Made by a program: the position numbers and the translations under genes. From positions 13,604 to 77,603 of the forward strand of contig JAVBJX010000026.1 of NCBI GenBank assembly GCA_031546705.1: DNA of 64,000 nt, given 5' to 3'. The notes beneath the pieces were generated by a model that made no database searches, was not told the DNA's origin, and worked only from the letters and a program-made list of their open reading frames with translations. This document shows, one piece after another, positions 39,558 through 49,680 of the stretch (position 1 is the stretch's first letter; each line of letters begins with the position of its first letter). Source of the stretch: Bacillales bacterium (GTDB lineage: Bacteria; Bacillota; Bacilli; Bacillales; JAVBJX01).

Positions 39558-39830
39558 TCAATGAATAGTTGTATTAATAGGAAGCATTGCACCGTTTAAA
39601 TGATGGAGATTCATCATTAGTGTTTTCAATTGCTCATCTGTTTTTTCTTGGTGTTCTTGAATAATTTCTACTATATCGGAAATAGAATGTACATCATTTA
39701 CTAAATTTTCGACAATGGTAACAGTACGTTCTTGATGGTTAACGAGTGTTGAAACAATTTCTGCTAATTTGTCCTGTCTATCTGATATCGTTTGTAAGAA
39801 TTCCATTATTTGCTGTGTTGACTGTTTCAT
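39558..39830 (-). CDS. hypothetical small coiled-coil protein
   Basis: GGAAGGTG SD 5 nt before ATG 39830 (the track ORF starts at 39869). 90 aa, heptad-like, acidic, His/Gln rich. Converges on the nuclease gene with an 11-nt gap. No family recognised. Confidence 0.4.
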   Translation of the reverse strand: MKQSTQQIMEFLQTISDRQDKLAEIVSTLVNHQERTVTIVENLVNDVHSISDIVEIIQEHQEKTDEQLKTLMMNLHHLNGAMLPINTTIH

Positions 39831-39987
39831 AAAATCACCTTCCAGTTTTGTATGTTTAGAGTGTACCATGAAAATTTAAGGAAATAAAAGGATTTATGTA
39901 ATTTTTAGGCCACATAGTAAACAAATCAATAAAAAGTTAATGTGTTATTATAAAAAAAGCCAAGATACATTTAATACGGGAGATAAA

Positions 39988-40460
39988 ATGATGTCAAAAA
40001 AATAACGTTAGAGGAAACTCGTTCTATAGGGATTGATACAAATCATCAGGTAATGGAAAATGGAGAAAAACGATTTAGATTGGTATGTACAGATGGAAGC
40101 TTGTATATTCGTACTGTTGCTTCGGATCAAGGTGCGTGGCAGAATAGCCATTATCATAAATCTTTGGAAGAGTTTTATGTTATACAGACAGGCTGAATTA
40201 TTTATGCAGAGTATAATTCTAAAGGAGAATCCAAGTTGCATTTTATTGAACAAGGAGATAGTGTTACAGTAAATCCGTTTGTTCATCATAATATGTATAT
40301 GTCGGCAAATACGGTAATCCACATAGTAAAGTATGACGATGCTAGCGGAACAAATTGGTTTTCTTCTAAAGAGCTAGATGCCTTGACAAAACATATATCT
40401 GAGTCAGAATTAATTCTTCTGGAATATGAATCATTATTGGGAAATGAGATTGTTGAGTAA
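39988..40460 (+). pseudogene. cupin-fold protein gene disrupted by an in-frame TGA (and possibly an A7 frameshift at the 5' end)
   Basis: Perfect cupin motif 1, GAWQNSHYHKSLEEFYVIQTG, is followed immediately by TGA at 40194-40196. The same frame then continues as IIYAEYNSKGESKLHFIEQGDSVTVNPFVHHN. GGGAGA plus ATGATG at 39988 is out of frame by one nt across the A7 run at 39996-40002. Confidence 0.6.
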
Positions 40461-40604
40461 ATCAACTAATTTTTTGCGTTATACTTTTTTTGATGTAGAC
40501 TGAGGAAGCTTCCAATATCTTAACAAAGATGGAACAATTGGGGTGTTTTATCTCTTTGTCCCATCCTCTTTTTTGGGCAATAATTTACACGAAAAAATAT
40601 TGTA

Positions 40605-40711
40605 TATAGAAGGCAAAAAAGATTTCAACTGATTTTGAGCTATTCGCATCAAACATAAGTAGTTTCAAGGTTTATATTTCCGCATCACTGAAAACAATAT
40701 TACCGTCTATA
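40605..40711. repeat. second, diverged copy of the 14833-14922 TIR element
   Basis: TATAGAAGGCAAAAAAGATTTCA...AAGGTTTATATTTCCGCATCACTGAAAACAATATTACCGTCTATA. The left TIR is degenerate, there is no flanking duplication, and it has a 17-nt indel relative to copy 1. Confidence 0.65.
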
Positions 40712-40956
40712 TAAATTGATTGCGATGTATTCGTGGTGTACAGCTATTTTTGTTTTTACGGTGTTAGCCATTATTTTTATTCAACAACAATTTTACCACA
40801 TATTTACCCCCTTTTTTCGGAGATTTTTACACATCTCTTCATATATAATAAATACAAAGAAAATAATTCGAAGTGTCTCCCCCTTGAGATATTAGAAGTA
40901 AAAGAAGGCTGGACGAAATTCGGTTTTAATGATTTCGTTCAGCTTTCTTTTACTGT

Positions 40957-41292
40957 TCAAGATGTTTTGCTTTTGATAAAGAATAAACCCCACCATACAA
41001 GTAAAAATAAATAACCTGTGACTGTAAAAATAGACCACATAGACCCTTGTTGTAAATGGATAACTAAATGTTCAAATTCATTTGTTCCTGCTGGTCGTGC
41101 AATACCATTTAGTAAACTAATTACTGGAATAGTTAAAGTAAAAAGAATGGTTATATTAGACATTGTTTTCATTTTTTTACGAGTAACACTAAATAATCCA
41201 GCTCCTAATGTCATTAATAACGATAACCAATAAATTACCCAAAACCAATTAGGTAAACTTTCCCAGTACATTTTCTCACCCTTCTTAATCAT
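40957..41292 (-). CDS. small integral membrane protein (3-4 TM)
   Basis: Hydrophobic segments. Its start overlaps the stop of the upstream GDYXXLXY gene by 8 nt. Confidence 0.5.
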   Translation of the reverse strand: MIKKGEKMYWESLPNWFWVIYWLSLLMTLGAGLFSVTRKKMKTMSNITILFTLTIPVISLLNGIARPAGTNEFEHLVIHLQQGSMWSIFTVTGYLFLLVWWGLFFIKSKTS

Positions 41293-41809
41293 TTTTTGAA
41301 CTTTCCAGATTCGTCAAATCCGTTAACAAACCATACCCATCTCGCACTTTTAAATGAGCAATCATTTTACCTGCACGCACTTTTTCTTCCAATGTTTTCC
41401 CGGTATTCTCTGCTACATAATAACGATTACCAAAATTATACTCAACCACTGTATTGCCAGTTTCGTCCGTTTCTCCATAAATAAATGCTTTAAGAAAAAT
41501 TCCAGAATCAGGTTTATTTTTTGTCACTTTACTAACGACATAAACCCCACCACTTGTTACTAACTGCACATACACATGTTGCTTGCCATACTCATTCCGT
41601 AATTCTGAATCTATTTTTTCGGATGACACTGATTCGATATCATAATTCAAATGCACATAATCTCCATAAAATAAATCACGTGGGTCAACAAGTTTGGTTT
41701 GAATTGTAATCTCTGTTCCATTCACCATTGTAAAAAGCGGTTTTAAAGTAATAAAAAATAATAAAATAATCGGAACAGCTAAGGAAATAAAGAGATGTTT
41801 TCTACTCAT
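41285..41809 (-). CDS. GDYXXLXY-domain protein (N-terminal membrane anchor)
   Basis: Literal motif GDYVHLNY at DLFYGDYVHLNYD. Single N-terminal TM. 4-nt overlap with the upstream gene. Confidence 0.75.
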   Translation of the reverse strand: MSRKHLFISLAVPIILLFFITLKPLFTMVNGTEITIQTKLVDPRDLFYGDYVHLNYDIESVSSEKIDSELRNEYGKQHVYVQLVTSGGVYVVSKVTKNKPDSGIFLKAFIYGETDETGNTVVEYNFGNRYYVAENTGKTLEEKVRAGKMIAHLKVRDGYGLLTDLTNLESSKND

Positions 41810-42879
41810 TCCACTACCCCCTTACGCTTTCGCTCAAACCAAAATCCAAATATAATGAGCAGTAAACCACCGATAATAAAGAATAATGATTTTGGCAAGA
41901 AATCATAAGTAAAATCAGTGTAGAAACGAAAAATAAATGCACAGATGATAATCAAAGAAGGAAGATTCCCATGCTGAATACGGTAGAAAGAATACAGCAC
42001 AAAAATTACTGCAAAACCAAGTGAAATAATAGTTCCATCATTTATAGAAAGCAATTGCTCAAAGTAGCGAGGAAATGTTAATAAAAGAGCCGCAACCCCT
42101 TGAAATAAAGAACCAATCCAAAGAAGTGGTTTGTGATAATCTTTGTGCTTGATATAAGTCAACAAAGTGCCAAAAAAGAAAGTAATAAGTATCGCATATA
42201 CTTCATTTTTTCCAAGTTCAAACCACACTGCACTTCCACCAACCAAATAACATGTTAATAATAAAATAAATGAAAACAAAACAGGTGACTTTTTAAATAT
42301 ACGCTCATTTGTTACATACATAAATGGTAAATACAGAATCAGAAAATATGGATACATAGAAGATGGTATCAGTAGCTCAGAAGAATACATACACATAAGA
42401 AAAACTGTAAATAATGCAATCCAAAAATCACGCAAAAAAAGCATAAGAGGAATAATTCCAAGCATCCATATAAAAAAGGTATTATGGTAATTACCACCAA
42501 GATGAAATATTTGCCCAATTAGAAAGATAGAAGCTCCGTAAATACATATTCCAATATAATACAAACTTCGAGATGTTTTTGGATACGATTTTTCTGAAAT
42601 AGCTCCAAATGTATAAAAAGTAATCAGTGAAATAAGCAGTATACATATTTTCAGTGTACTAGACATTGCATCCCAGTTTCCAGCAATAAAACTTAAGATT
42701 CCAACCCCTAACAAAATTGCTCCCAAAGCAAGTACAATTCGAATAAAATCTGCTTCTTTTTTGACTTCATAGTGAACTAATAATTTTTCAGCATCATCGA
42801 AATGTCCTTGATTCTCTAAAGAATGAAGTTCTGTCTTCAAAAAGTCAAACTGTGCTTTTGAAATGATTCTTCGTTCCAT
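41806..42879 (-). CDS. polytopic membrane protein (DUF2157-like, usual partner of GDYXXLXY proteins)
   Basis: 357 aa with a soluble ~40-aa N-terminus followed by ~10 TM helices. The family label comes from remembered gene-pair context. Confidence 0.5.
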   Translation of the reverse strand: MERRIISKAQFDFLKTELHSLENQGHFDDAEKLLVHYEVKKEADFIRIVLALGAILLGVGILSFIAGNWDAMSSTLKICILLISLITFYTFGAISEKSYPKTSRSLYYIGICIYGASIFLIGQIFHLGGNYHNTFFIWMLGIIPLMLFLRDFWIALFTVFLMCMYSSELLIPSSMYPYFLILYLPFMYVTNERIFKKSPVLFSFILLLTCYLVGGSAVWFELGKNEVYAILITFFFGTLLTYIKHKDYHKPLLWIGSLFQGVAALLLTFPRYFEQLLSINDGTIISLGFAVIFVLYSFYRIQHGNLPSLIIICAFIFRFYTDFTYDFLPKSLFFIIGGLLLIIFGFWFERKRKGVVE

Positions 42880-42930
42880 AAATTACCCTCCTATCTTATA
42901 TAGATTAGTTTATGAGAAAACTATATCTGA

Positions 42931-43425
42931 TTATACATTTGATTTCACAGTTGGGAGGTTGGAAAGTATATAGGCGTTTGGTTCTGTTAATTCTAACAGG
43001 CGAATCTTTGCATCTTCATAATAAAAAGAACTAAATAAATGACAGTCTTTTTCATCCAAAATTCGATAATGTTGGCTAAGAAGATTTTGTTGAATTCTAT
43101 ATGATTCAATACTTTCTACTTCCGTCCACCATACTTTTCCACCAAGCGTCTTTTTCGGTGTATTCAGTCGTTCATGTGCTACCGTTGCCACAACATTAAG
43201 TGGAGAATCACCCAAAGTTGCTTCCAGAATCTCACTTTCTTGAAACAATGCACAAATTGCAATAACATGTGACCAATTCGCTTCTGCTCTTCCTTTTTCA
43301 ATTTGAATAAGTGTTTTCTTAGACATGCCAATAACTTCTGCCATACGATCTTGTGTGTAGTTTTTCTCGGTGCGAATCAGTTTTAATTTTGCTGTAACAG
43401 TTGTGATAAGTTGTTGTTTGTTCAT
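42931..43425 (-). CDS. XRE-family HTH transcriptional regulator
   Basis: HTH KNYTQDRMAEVIGMSKKTLIQIEKGR plus a ~90-aa C-terminal domain. Confidence 0.75.
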   Translation of the reverse strand: MNKQQLITTVTAKLKLIRTEKNYTQDRMAEVIGMSKKTLIQIEKGRAEANWSHVIAICALFQESEILEATLGDSPLNVVATVAHERLNTPKKTLGGKVWWTEVESIESYRIQQNLLSQHYRILDEKDCHLFSSFYYEDAKIRLLELTEPNAYILSNLPTVKSNV

Positions 43426-43557
43426 TGTAGCTCCCTTTAAAATTAAATTTATATATTTTATGTAATTTTACACTTTATGTATAAAAAATGCAAATGAAAA
43501 GTGTTTGTTAAAAATAGTACTAGTCTTGTGATAAGAGTTTTTTAAAAGATTTTTATT

Positions 43558-43611
43558 GAAAAAAATAGAGTGAGCGGATGGATGCAATTTCTGCACCAAT
43601 CCGCTCACTCT
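43558..43611 (-). terminator. intrinsic terminator of the RND pump gene
   Basis: 12-bp perfect stem AGAGTGAGCGGA/TCCGCTCACTCT followed (minus strand) by a T-run. Confidence 0.75.
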
Positions 43612-43620
43612 CATTTCTTG

Positions 43621-46600
43621 TTACGCATTTCTTCTCTTTTTACCTCTAAGTTTAGCTAATACTTCATACACAATTGGCACAACAACGAGCGTCAATAGTG
43701 TAGAACTCGTTAATCCACCAATAACCGTTACCCCAAGACCTTTAGAAATAAATCCACTTCCTTCAAAACCAAATGCAAGTGGAAGTAGTGCTCCAATTGT
43801 AGCAAGGGCAGTCATAAGAATCGGGCGAACACGAGTTGCTCCAGCTTCAAGGAGGGCATTTCTCGTTGATAATCCTTCGTTTTCTTTATGAATAACACGG
43901 TCAATTAAAACGATGGCGTTTGTGACAACAATACCAATGAGCATAAGTACACCGATCATTGCTGAAATACTAATTGTTTCTTTGGCAATGAGTAATCCAA
44001 GTAAAGCACCAATAACAACGAATGGAAGAGAAACCAAGATAGCAAGTGGTGCTAATCCTCCACCGAATGTAATGACGAGAATAAGATAAACAATGGCAAC
44101 TGCCGCAAGCATAGCAATTCCAAGTTGTGTAAATGATTCTTGAATATCCGCTGAAACCCCAGCCATAGATACAGTTACTCCAGATGGAAGTGATAATGCA
44201 TCTAATTTTGTTTGTACATCTGCTGATACTTCATTTACTTTTGTTGTTGTTGGTTCACCAGTTACTTTTACATAGACTTTCCCATCACGTCTTGTTAATG
44301 TATCTGCGGTTGCGCCTTCTTTCACATCAACTACATCTTTGATTTTCACTTCTGTGCCGAATGGCGTTTTGATTGTGCGATTTAGTAAATCGTCAATTTT
44401 ATTATATTTGTGTTCTTTGACTGTTAAATACACATTCATATCTTGTCCATCTTTTTCGATGGTTGTGACTACAGGACGTTGACGCACTGGGCTAATTTCC
44501 ATACCAACTTGTGCGGCTGTAAGTCCAAGTTGACTTAATTTCTTTTGGTTAGCAACTAGTGTGTATTCTTGATATGTTGCGGACATACTTGTGTCTACAT
44601 TCTTAAGTTTATCTGAGTCTTTCATTAATTTCTCAACATTATCAACAATTGGTTTGATTTGGTCAATGCTTTCTCCATAGACATACACATCTACATTACT
44701 ACTTGTTCCCGCACCACCCATGTCTTGGGTAGCCCATGTTCCTTTTGGAGACTTAGCATTTAAATCTTTAATGACTGTTTCTTTTTCCTTATCAAAGTCT
44801 TTTGTGTCTTTTTCATAAGATATAAAGAACAATGCTTGGTTAGATGCACCTGGATTCATTGGGTTTTCGGCACCAACAGAATATTGAACAATGTCAACAC
44901 CTTTTCTACCCATAAGATATTTTTCAGCTGTTAGTGCATTTGCTTCCACATCTTCCATAGTTCTTCCTGGAGCAGGGGCAAATGTAACAATTAGCATTTT
45001 TTCTTCTGAATCAGATGAAATAAAACTTGTTCCGACAATTGGAACGAGGAAGAGACTACCCACAAGCATAAGTATTGCCGCTCCAAATGTAATTAATTTA
45101 TGCTTTAATGACCATTCTAAAATCTTTCGATACGTTGTTGCTAATGCACCATGACCTTCTTCATGATTGTGCTTACTAACGTTTTTACCCATAGTAAATA
45201 ACGAGTGAGCAAGCATTGGAACGATGGTAATAGCTACTAATAAAGAAGCCGTTAGTGCAAATACAATCGTTAAAGCGAATGGTAAAAATAATTGTCCAAC
45301 CATCCCAGAAACTAGTCCCATTGGTAAGAATACAGCGATGGTAACGATAGTTGAAGACATGATTGGCAAGAACATTTCTTTTGTTGCTTCCCTAATTAAA
45401 TCTCGACCTCGTAATGTTTCTCCTGGTAATGCCATTCTTCGATAAATATTTTCAATAACAACAATGGAATCATCTACAACCCGTCCAATAGCAACGGTCA
45501 TTGCTCCTAGTGTCATCATGTTCAATGTAATATCTAGGTAGTGTAGAATGAGAATAGCAATGAGTAGTGACATTGGAATAGATATAACAGAAATAATTGT
45601 TGAGCGAATGTTTCTCAAGAATAATAGAATAATAATTGCGGCAAATATACCGCCAAATAAAGCTTTACTCATCATTGTTTGAACTGACTCTTCGATAGGT
45701 TTACCTTGATCAAAAGTAGTAGTTATTTCTACGTCAAAGTCTTTTTCAAGCTGCGTAATTTTGTCAGTTACATTATTAACAACAGCAACTGTATTAGCAT
45801 CAGATGCTTTTACAATTTGTATTCCAATTGCTTCTTCCCCATTTGTTCTTGTAACAGAAGAAGCTTTTCCAACAATCTTAATATCGGCAATCTCAGATAA
45901 TGCCACAGTTGGAAGGGAGATTGACATAGCAAGAGCTTTATTTAATTGTTGCTGTCCAGTCGCCGCACCTTGTTGGGCTGCTTGCATTCCTTGTGCTGGC
46001 GGTAACAATGCCATTTTTGTTGACATTCCTTGTTGAGTTTCAGCTTGTTTTGGTGTGTAAGGAATTTTCATTGCTTTTAAATCTTCTAATGTTGTAATGT
46101 GTCCATCAACAACAACGGACTTTTGTGTATCCTTGAATGTATATAATCCAAGTGGCATGGATAGTTTTGATGCTTTAATCATATTTTGGACGGTTGCTTC
46201 ATCCAGTCCAAGTGCCATCATTTTGTCTTGCTTAAAAACAAGTTGAGCTTCTTCTACATATTGTCCAGCAGTTTCGACTGTGGCAACTCCGTCTAATCCT
46301 TCTAAAGCTGGAGCAATATCATTTTCTACTTTTTTTGTTAATGCGGCAAGTGGCAAATCTTTATTTGCTACACTGATTGCAATAACTGGAAAAGCATTAA
46401 AATTAATTCGTGATACTTTCGGAGCTTGAACCCCATCTGGAAATTTCATAGAATTTACAGCATCTTTTGCTTCTGTTTCTGCTTTCTCCATATCTTTTTT
46501 GAAACTATATTCAATTTGAATAGCAGAAACATTTTGAAAGGAGCTAGAGCTAACAACATTTACGCCATCTAAATTTTGCAAACGTTGTTCTAGCGGTTTG

Positions 46601-46794
46601 GAAATTTTTTCTGTTACTTCATCAGGTGTTGCTCCTGGATAGACGGTCATTACGGTTACGACTGGAATGGTAATGTTTGGAAGCGTTTCTAGCTTCATTT
46701 TCATTCCTGAATAAATTCCTGCTGCTGCAATAATAAAAGTCATTAGCAAAACAGCGAATTTATTACGCAACGAAAAATTAATAATACTGTTCAT
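43621..46794 (-). CDS. RND-superfamily efflux transporter (AcrB/SwrC-like)
   Basis: 1057 aa with a 12-TM topology and two large extracytoplasmic loops. The N-terminus SIINFSLRNKFAVLLMTFIIAAAGIYSGMKMKLETLPNITIPVVTV is typical of the family. Confidence 0.9.
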   Translation of the reverse strand: MNSIINFSLRNKFAVLLMTFIIAAAGIYSGMKMKLETLPNITIPVVTVMTVYPGATPDEVTEKISKPLEQRLQNLDGVNVVSSSSFQNVSAIQIEYSFKKDMEKAETEAKDAVNSMKFPDGVQAPKVSRINFNAFPVIAISVANKDLPLAALTKKVENDIAPALEGLDGVATVETAGQYVEEAQLVFKQDKMMALGLDEATVQNMIKASKLSMPLGLYTFKDTQKSVVVDGHITTLEDLKAMKIPYTPKQAETQQGMSTKMALLPPAQGMQAAQQGAATGQQQLNKALAMSISLPTVALSEIADIKIVGKASSVTRTNGEEAIGIQIVKASDANTVAVVNNVTDKITQLEKDFDVEITTTFDQGKPIEESVQTMMSKALFGGIFAAIIILLFLRNIRSTIISVISIPMSLLIAILILHYLDITLNMMTLGAMTVAIGRVVDDSIVVIENIYRRMALPGETLRGRDLIREATKEMFLPIMSSTIVTIAVFLPMGLVSGMVGQLFLPFALTIVFALTASLLVAITIVPMLAHSLFTMGKNVSKHNHEEGHGALATTYRKILEWSLKHKLITFGAAILMLVGSLFLVPIVGTSFISSDSEEKMLIVTFAPAPGRTMEDVEANALTAEKYLMGRKGVDIVQYSVGAENPMNPGASNQALFFISYEKDTKDFDKEKETVIKDLNAKSPKGTWATQDMGGAGTSSNVDVYVYGESIDQIKPIVDNVEKLMKDSDKLKNVDTSMSATYQEYTLVANQKKLSQLGLTAAQVGMEISPVRQRPVVTTIEKDGQDMNVYLTVKEHKYNKIDDLLNRTIKTPFGTEVKIKDVVDVKEGATADTLTRRDGKVYVKVTGEPTTTKVNEVSADVQTKLDALSLPSGVTVSMAGVSADIQESFTQLGIAMLAAVAIVYLILVITFGGGLAPLAILVSLPFVVIGALLGLLIAKETISISAMIGVLMLIGIVVTNAIVLIDRVIHKENEGLSTRNALLEAGATRVRPILMTALATIGALLPLAFGFEGSGFISKGLGVTVIGGLTSSTLLTLVVVPIVYEVLAKLRGKKRRNA

Positions 46795-46852
46795 AAAAAT
46801 GTTCCCCCTTAAAAAAATTAACGCATTATGCGAAAAAAATATATTAAGTGAT

Positions 46853-46899
46853 TGACGGATCAGTCACTGCTTAGTACAATATAACTGACTGGTTAGTCA
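46853..46899. promoter_or_regulatory. two TGAC-N6-GTCA palindromes in the RND/TetR divergent region (candidate TetR operators)
   Basis: TGACggatcaGTCA (46853-46866) and TGACtggttaGTCA (46886-46899). Confidence 0.5.
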
Positions 46900-46983
46900 T
46901 GTGTCAAGTGATTCCTTAGTAGAACAAGGAGAAATTCTATATGTATGTAATGAAAATCAGCCGACAAAAGAGGTGATATATTA

Positions 46984-47829
46984 ATGAAAGAAAAAGAAAA
47001 ACTCATTATTTATGCGGCAATTAAATTATTTGCTTCTAAAGGAGTTAGTGCGACTTCTATTCAAGAGATTGTGGATGAATGTAAAATATCTAAAGGAGCT
47101 TTCTACTTATATTTCAAATCAAAAGAAGCATTGTTATTGGCAATATTTGAGTATTATCATTCAACGATGCAAGCAGATGTAGAATTAGTAGAAAAAGAAT
47201 TATTACCTCCAAGGGAGAAGTTTATTAAACAAATTGCTGTGCGTTTTGAGCGAATTCAAAAAACACGAGAATTCATTATTATGACTGCAAAAGAGCAAGC
47301 AATTCCTTTTAATAAGGAAACAGGTCAATTTATGCGACATATGAAAGAAGTAGAGTATCAATTTATAGTAAGAAGTTTGACTGATGTGTATGGTGAAGAA
47401 ATTATTCCATATCATTTTGATTTAAACTTACTGCTCCATGGAATTAGTAAGATGTATGTAGAGGTACTTGTTCTTGAAGGAGTCAAAGTTGATTTTTTCC
47501 AAGTTGCTACATTTATTCTAAGCAGATTAGATGATTTAGTAGAAGGGTTAATCCGAAAAAAAGAAGTTTCTATCTTCTCTGATTTAGGTATTGGTATGTG
47601 GTGTGAAAATGATTATGATGTATTATTAAAAATGCTTACAAAGATGAAGCAAAATGCGGTAAATGATGAACATTTACACATTACTTTGGACACATTGGAA
47701 ATAGAAATGAAGAAAGAAACCCCACGAATTCCAATCATTCAAGGAATGCTTGCGAATCTTAAATCATATCCAGAACATACAGCGTTTCAGAAACAAGTAG
47801 CAGATTATTATCAAGTAAAATTAATATAA
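46984..47829 (+). CDS. TetR/AcrR-family transcriptional regulator (long C-terminal domain)
   Basis: N-terminal HTH KGVSATSIQEIVDECKISKGAFYLYFKSKE. Divergent from the RND pump gene. Confidence 0.82.
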   Translation: MKEKEKLIIYAAIKLFASKGVSATSIQEIVDECKISKGAFYLYFKSKEALLLAIFEYYHSTMQADVELVEKELLPPREKFIKQIAVRFERIQKTREFIIMTAKEQAIPFNKETGQFMRHMKEVEYQFIVRSLTDVYGEEIIPYHFDLNLLLHGISKMYVEVLVLEGVKVDFFQVATFILSRLDDLVEGLIRKKEVSIFSDLGIGMWCENDYDVLLKMLTKMKQNAVNDEHLHITLDTLEIEMKKETPRIPIIQGMLANLKSYPEHTAFQKQVADYYQVKLI

Positions 47830-47859
47830 GGAGGCTGGGATCCCAGCCTCCTTATATTA
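47822..47859 (+). terminator. 38-bp perfect palindrome after the TetR gene
   Basis: TAATATAAGGAGGCTGGGA|TCCCAGCCTCCTTATATTA, fully self-complementary, overlapping the stop codon. Confidence 0.6.
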
Positions 47860-48052
47860 TGTCCGTTTCTCCTATCGTTTGACACAAATCATAAATTAGA
47901 ATTAAAATAGAATTTGACTGAAATAAAAGTAAGTATTTTTAAAGAGAACTTTTAATCGGCTTTCTCTGTATAAAAACTTGTTAGAAAAAATATAATTGAA
48001 GACCAGCAAGAGAATCACATATATTACATTAAAAAAATTAAAGGAGAAATAA

Positions 48053-49120
48053 ATGCCGAAATCAAAAATTTTCACCATATCCTTACAAATTCTTATCATT
48101 CTAGCTATTGTGTATGTTGGACAAAAAGTTTCATTTTTATTTACACCAATTATGGTGTTTTTTTCAACGTTATTTATTCCTGTACTTATATCGGGATTTC
48201 TATATTTTCTTTTTATGCCAATTATTATGTTTCTAGAAAAATTGCGACTTAGTCGAGGTATGGCCATTCTTGTTTTATATGTATTAATCATTAGTATTAT
48301 CGGATTAGCTTTAGGGACGGTTGTTCCGATGTTAGGAACACAATTAAATGATTTATTTCATAATTTCCCAGCCTATGTAAATGCATTGAAAGACTACATT
48401 CATACATTGAAATGGATTCCAGAAGGAACAATAGAGTCTCTCAATCTGATTGATCTTATTAATAAATATTCTAATGAAATTCAAAAGCAAGTACAAACAA
48501 ATGCTAATGCCTTATTTGGGGTTGTATCAAATGCAGCAGTCATTATGATGACTGTTCCAGTGTTATTATTCTATATGTTAAAGGATGGACATCTTTTCCC
48601 AGATACCTTACTTAAATTAGTACCAAAAAGATATACAGAAGAAGGACAAAACATTTTGAAAGAAACAAGAGCAACAGTGTCTTCTTACATTCAAAGCCAA
48701 GTTATTGTCTGTCTATTGGTTGGTGTTTGTGCAACAATTGGTTATGCGATTATTGGTATTCCAAATGCCTTATTACTTGGAACAATTAATGCTTTTACAA
48801 ATATTATTCCGTATTTCGGACCATTTATTGGAGCAGTTCCTGCGGTTATTGTGGGATTTTTTGTATCACCAACAACAGCACTTATGTCCATCGTTGTTAT
48901 ACTAATCATTCAACAATTAGAAGGAAATGTAATTTCACCAATGATTATGAGCAAGACAATTAGCACACACCCAGCTACCATTATATTGTTAATGCTTGTT
49001 GTAGGAAATTTGTATGGTATATTAGGGATGGTTTTGGCAGTTCCTACGTATGCTGTTGGAAAACTTTTAGTTAAAAATATATCTCGGATTATTGAATTAC
49101 GAAAAAGAACGGATATTTAA
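48053..49120 (+). CDS. AI-2E family transporter (PerM/UPF0118)
   Basis: 355 aa, 8 TM, with the conserved C-terminal half (NIIPYFGPFIGAVPAVIV, QQLEGNVISP). Confidence 0.82.
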   Translation: MPKSKIFTISLQILIILAIVYVGQKVSFLFTPIMVFFSTLFIPVLISGFLYFLFMPIIMFLEKLRLSRGMAILVLYVLIISIIGLALGTVVPMLGTQLNDLFHNFPAYVNALKDYIHTLKWIPEGTIESLNLIDLINKYSNEIQKQVQTNANALFGVVSNAAVIMMTVPVLLFYMLKDGHLFPDTLLKLVPKRYTEEGQNILKETRATVSSYIQSQVIVCLLVGVCATIGYAIIGIPNALLLGTINAFTNIIPYFGPFIGAVPAVIVGFFVSPTTALMSIVVILIIQQLEGNVISPMIMSKTISTHPATIILLMLVVGNLYGILGMVLAVPTYAVGKLLVKNISRIIELRKRTDI

Positions 49121-49564
49121 ATGGAAGTTAAAATAGTGAAGAATAATAAAAAAGATTTCTTGGATTTATTACTTCTAGCAGACGAACAAGAAAGTATGGT
49201 TGATAAGTATTTAGAACGAGGAGAATTATTTGCCTTATATGATGGTGATTTAAAAAGTATTTGTGTTGTAACAAAAGAAACAGATACAGATTATGAATTA
49301 AAAAACTTAGCGACATATGAAAAGTATCAAGGTCAAGGATATGGCAGTTATTTAATAAAGTATATATTTGAACACTACAAAGGCAAGTGTAAATCTATGT
49401 TTGTAGGAACAGGTGATAGCCCTCGGACAATTCCTTTTTATCGGCATTGTGGATTTCAAATTTCTCATAGAGTAGAAAATTTTTTCATTGAAAACTATGA
49501 TAATCCTATATTTGAAGATGGCGTTCAACTTGTTGATATGGTTTATTTGAAAAAAGATTTTTAA
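49121..49564 (+). CDS. GNAT-family N-acetyltransferase
   Basis: Acetyl-CoA motif YQGQGYGSYLIKYI. The ATG directly abuts the upstream stop. Confidence 0.8.
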   Translation: MEVKIVKNNKKDFLDLLLLADEQESMVDKYLERGELFALYDGDLKSICVVTKETDTDYELKNLATYEKYQGQGYGSYLIKYIFEHYKGKCKSMFVGTGDSPRTIPFYRHCGFQISHRVENFFIENYDNPIFEDGVQLVDMVYLKKDF

Positions 49565-49619
49565 TAATCATTTCCAGAATCAAAATACTATTTGAGTTAG
49601 TGTCCTATTCATAGACACA

Positions 49620-49670
49620 AAAATATCTGATAAAATCTGTTTCTCTTGATTTTGTCAGATATTTTTATTT
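49620..49670 (+). terminator. intrinsic terminator after the GNAT gene
   Basis: AATATCTGATAAAATC...GATTTTGTCAGATATT 16-bp stem (1 mismatch) plus a T-run. Confidence 0.75.
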
Positions 49671-49680
49671 TAGGATCTAT

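Noticed and set aside
40733-41014. 93-aa + strand ORF between the MITE-like copy and the membrane-protein operon
   Set aside because: It has no SD and a Phe/Tyr/Ile-rich composition, and it overlaps the 3' end of the minus-strand membrane-protein gene. It is most likely non-coding.
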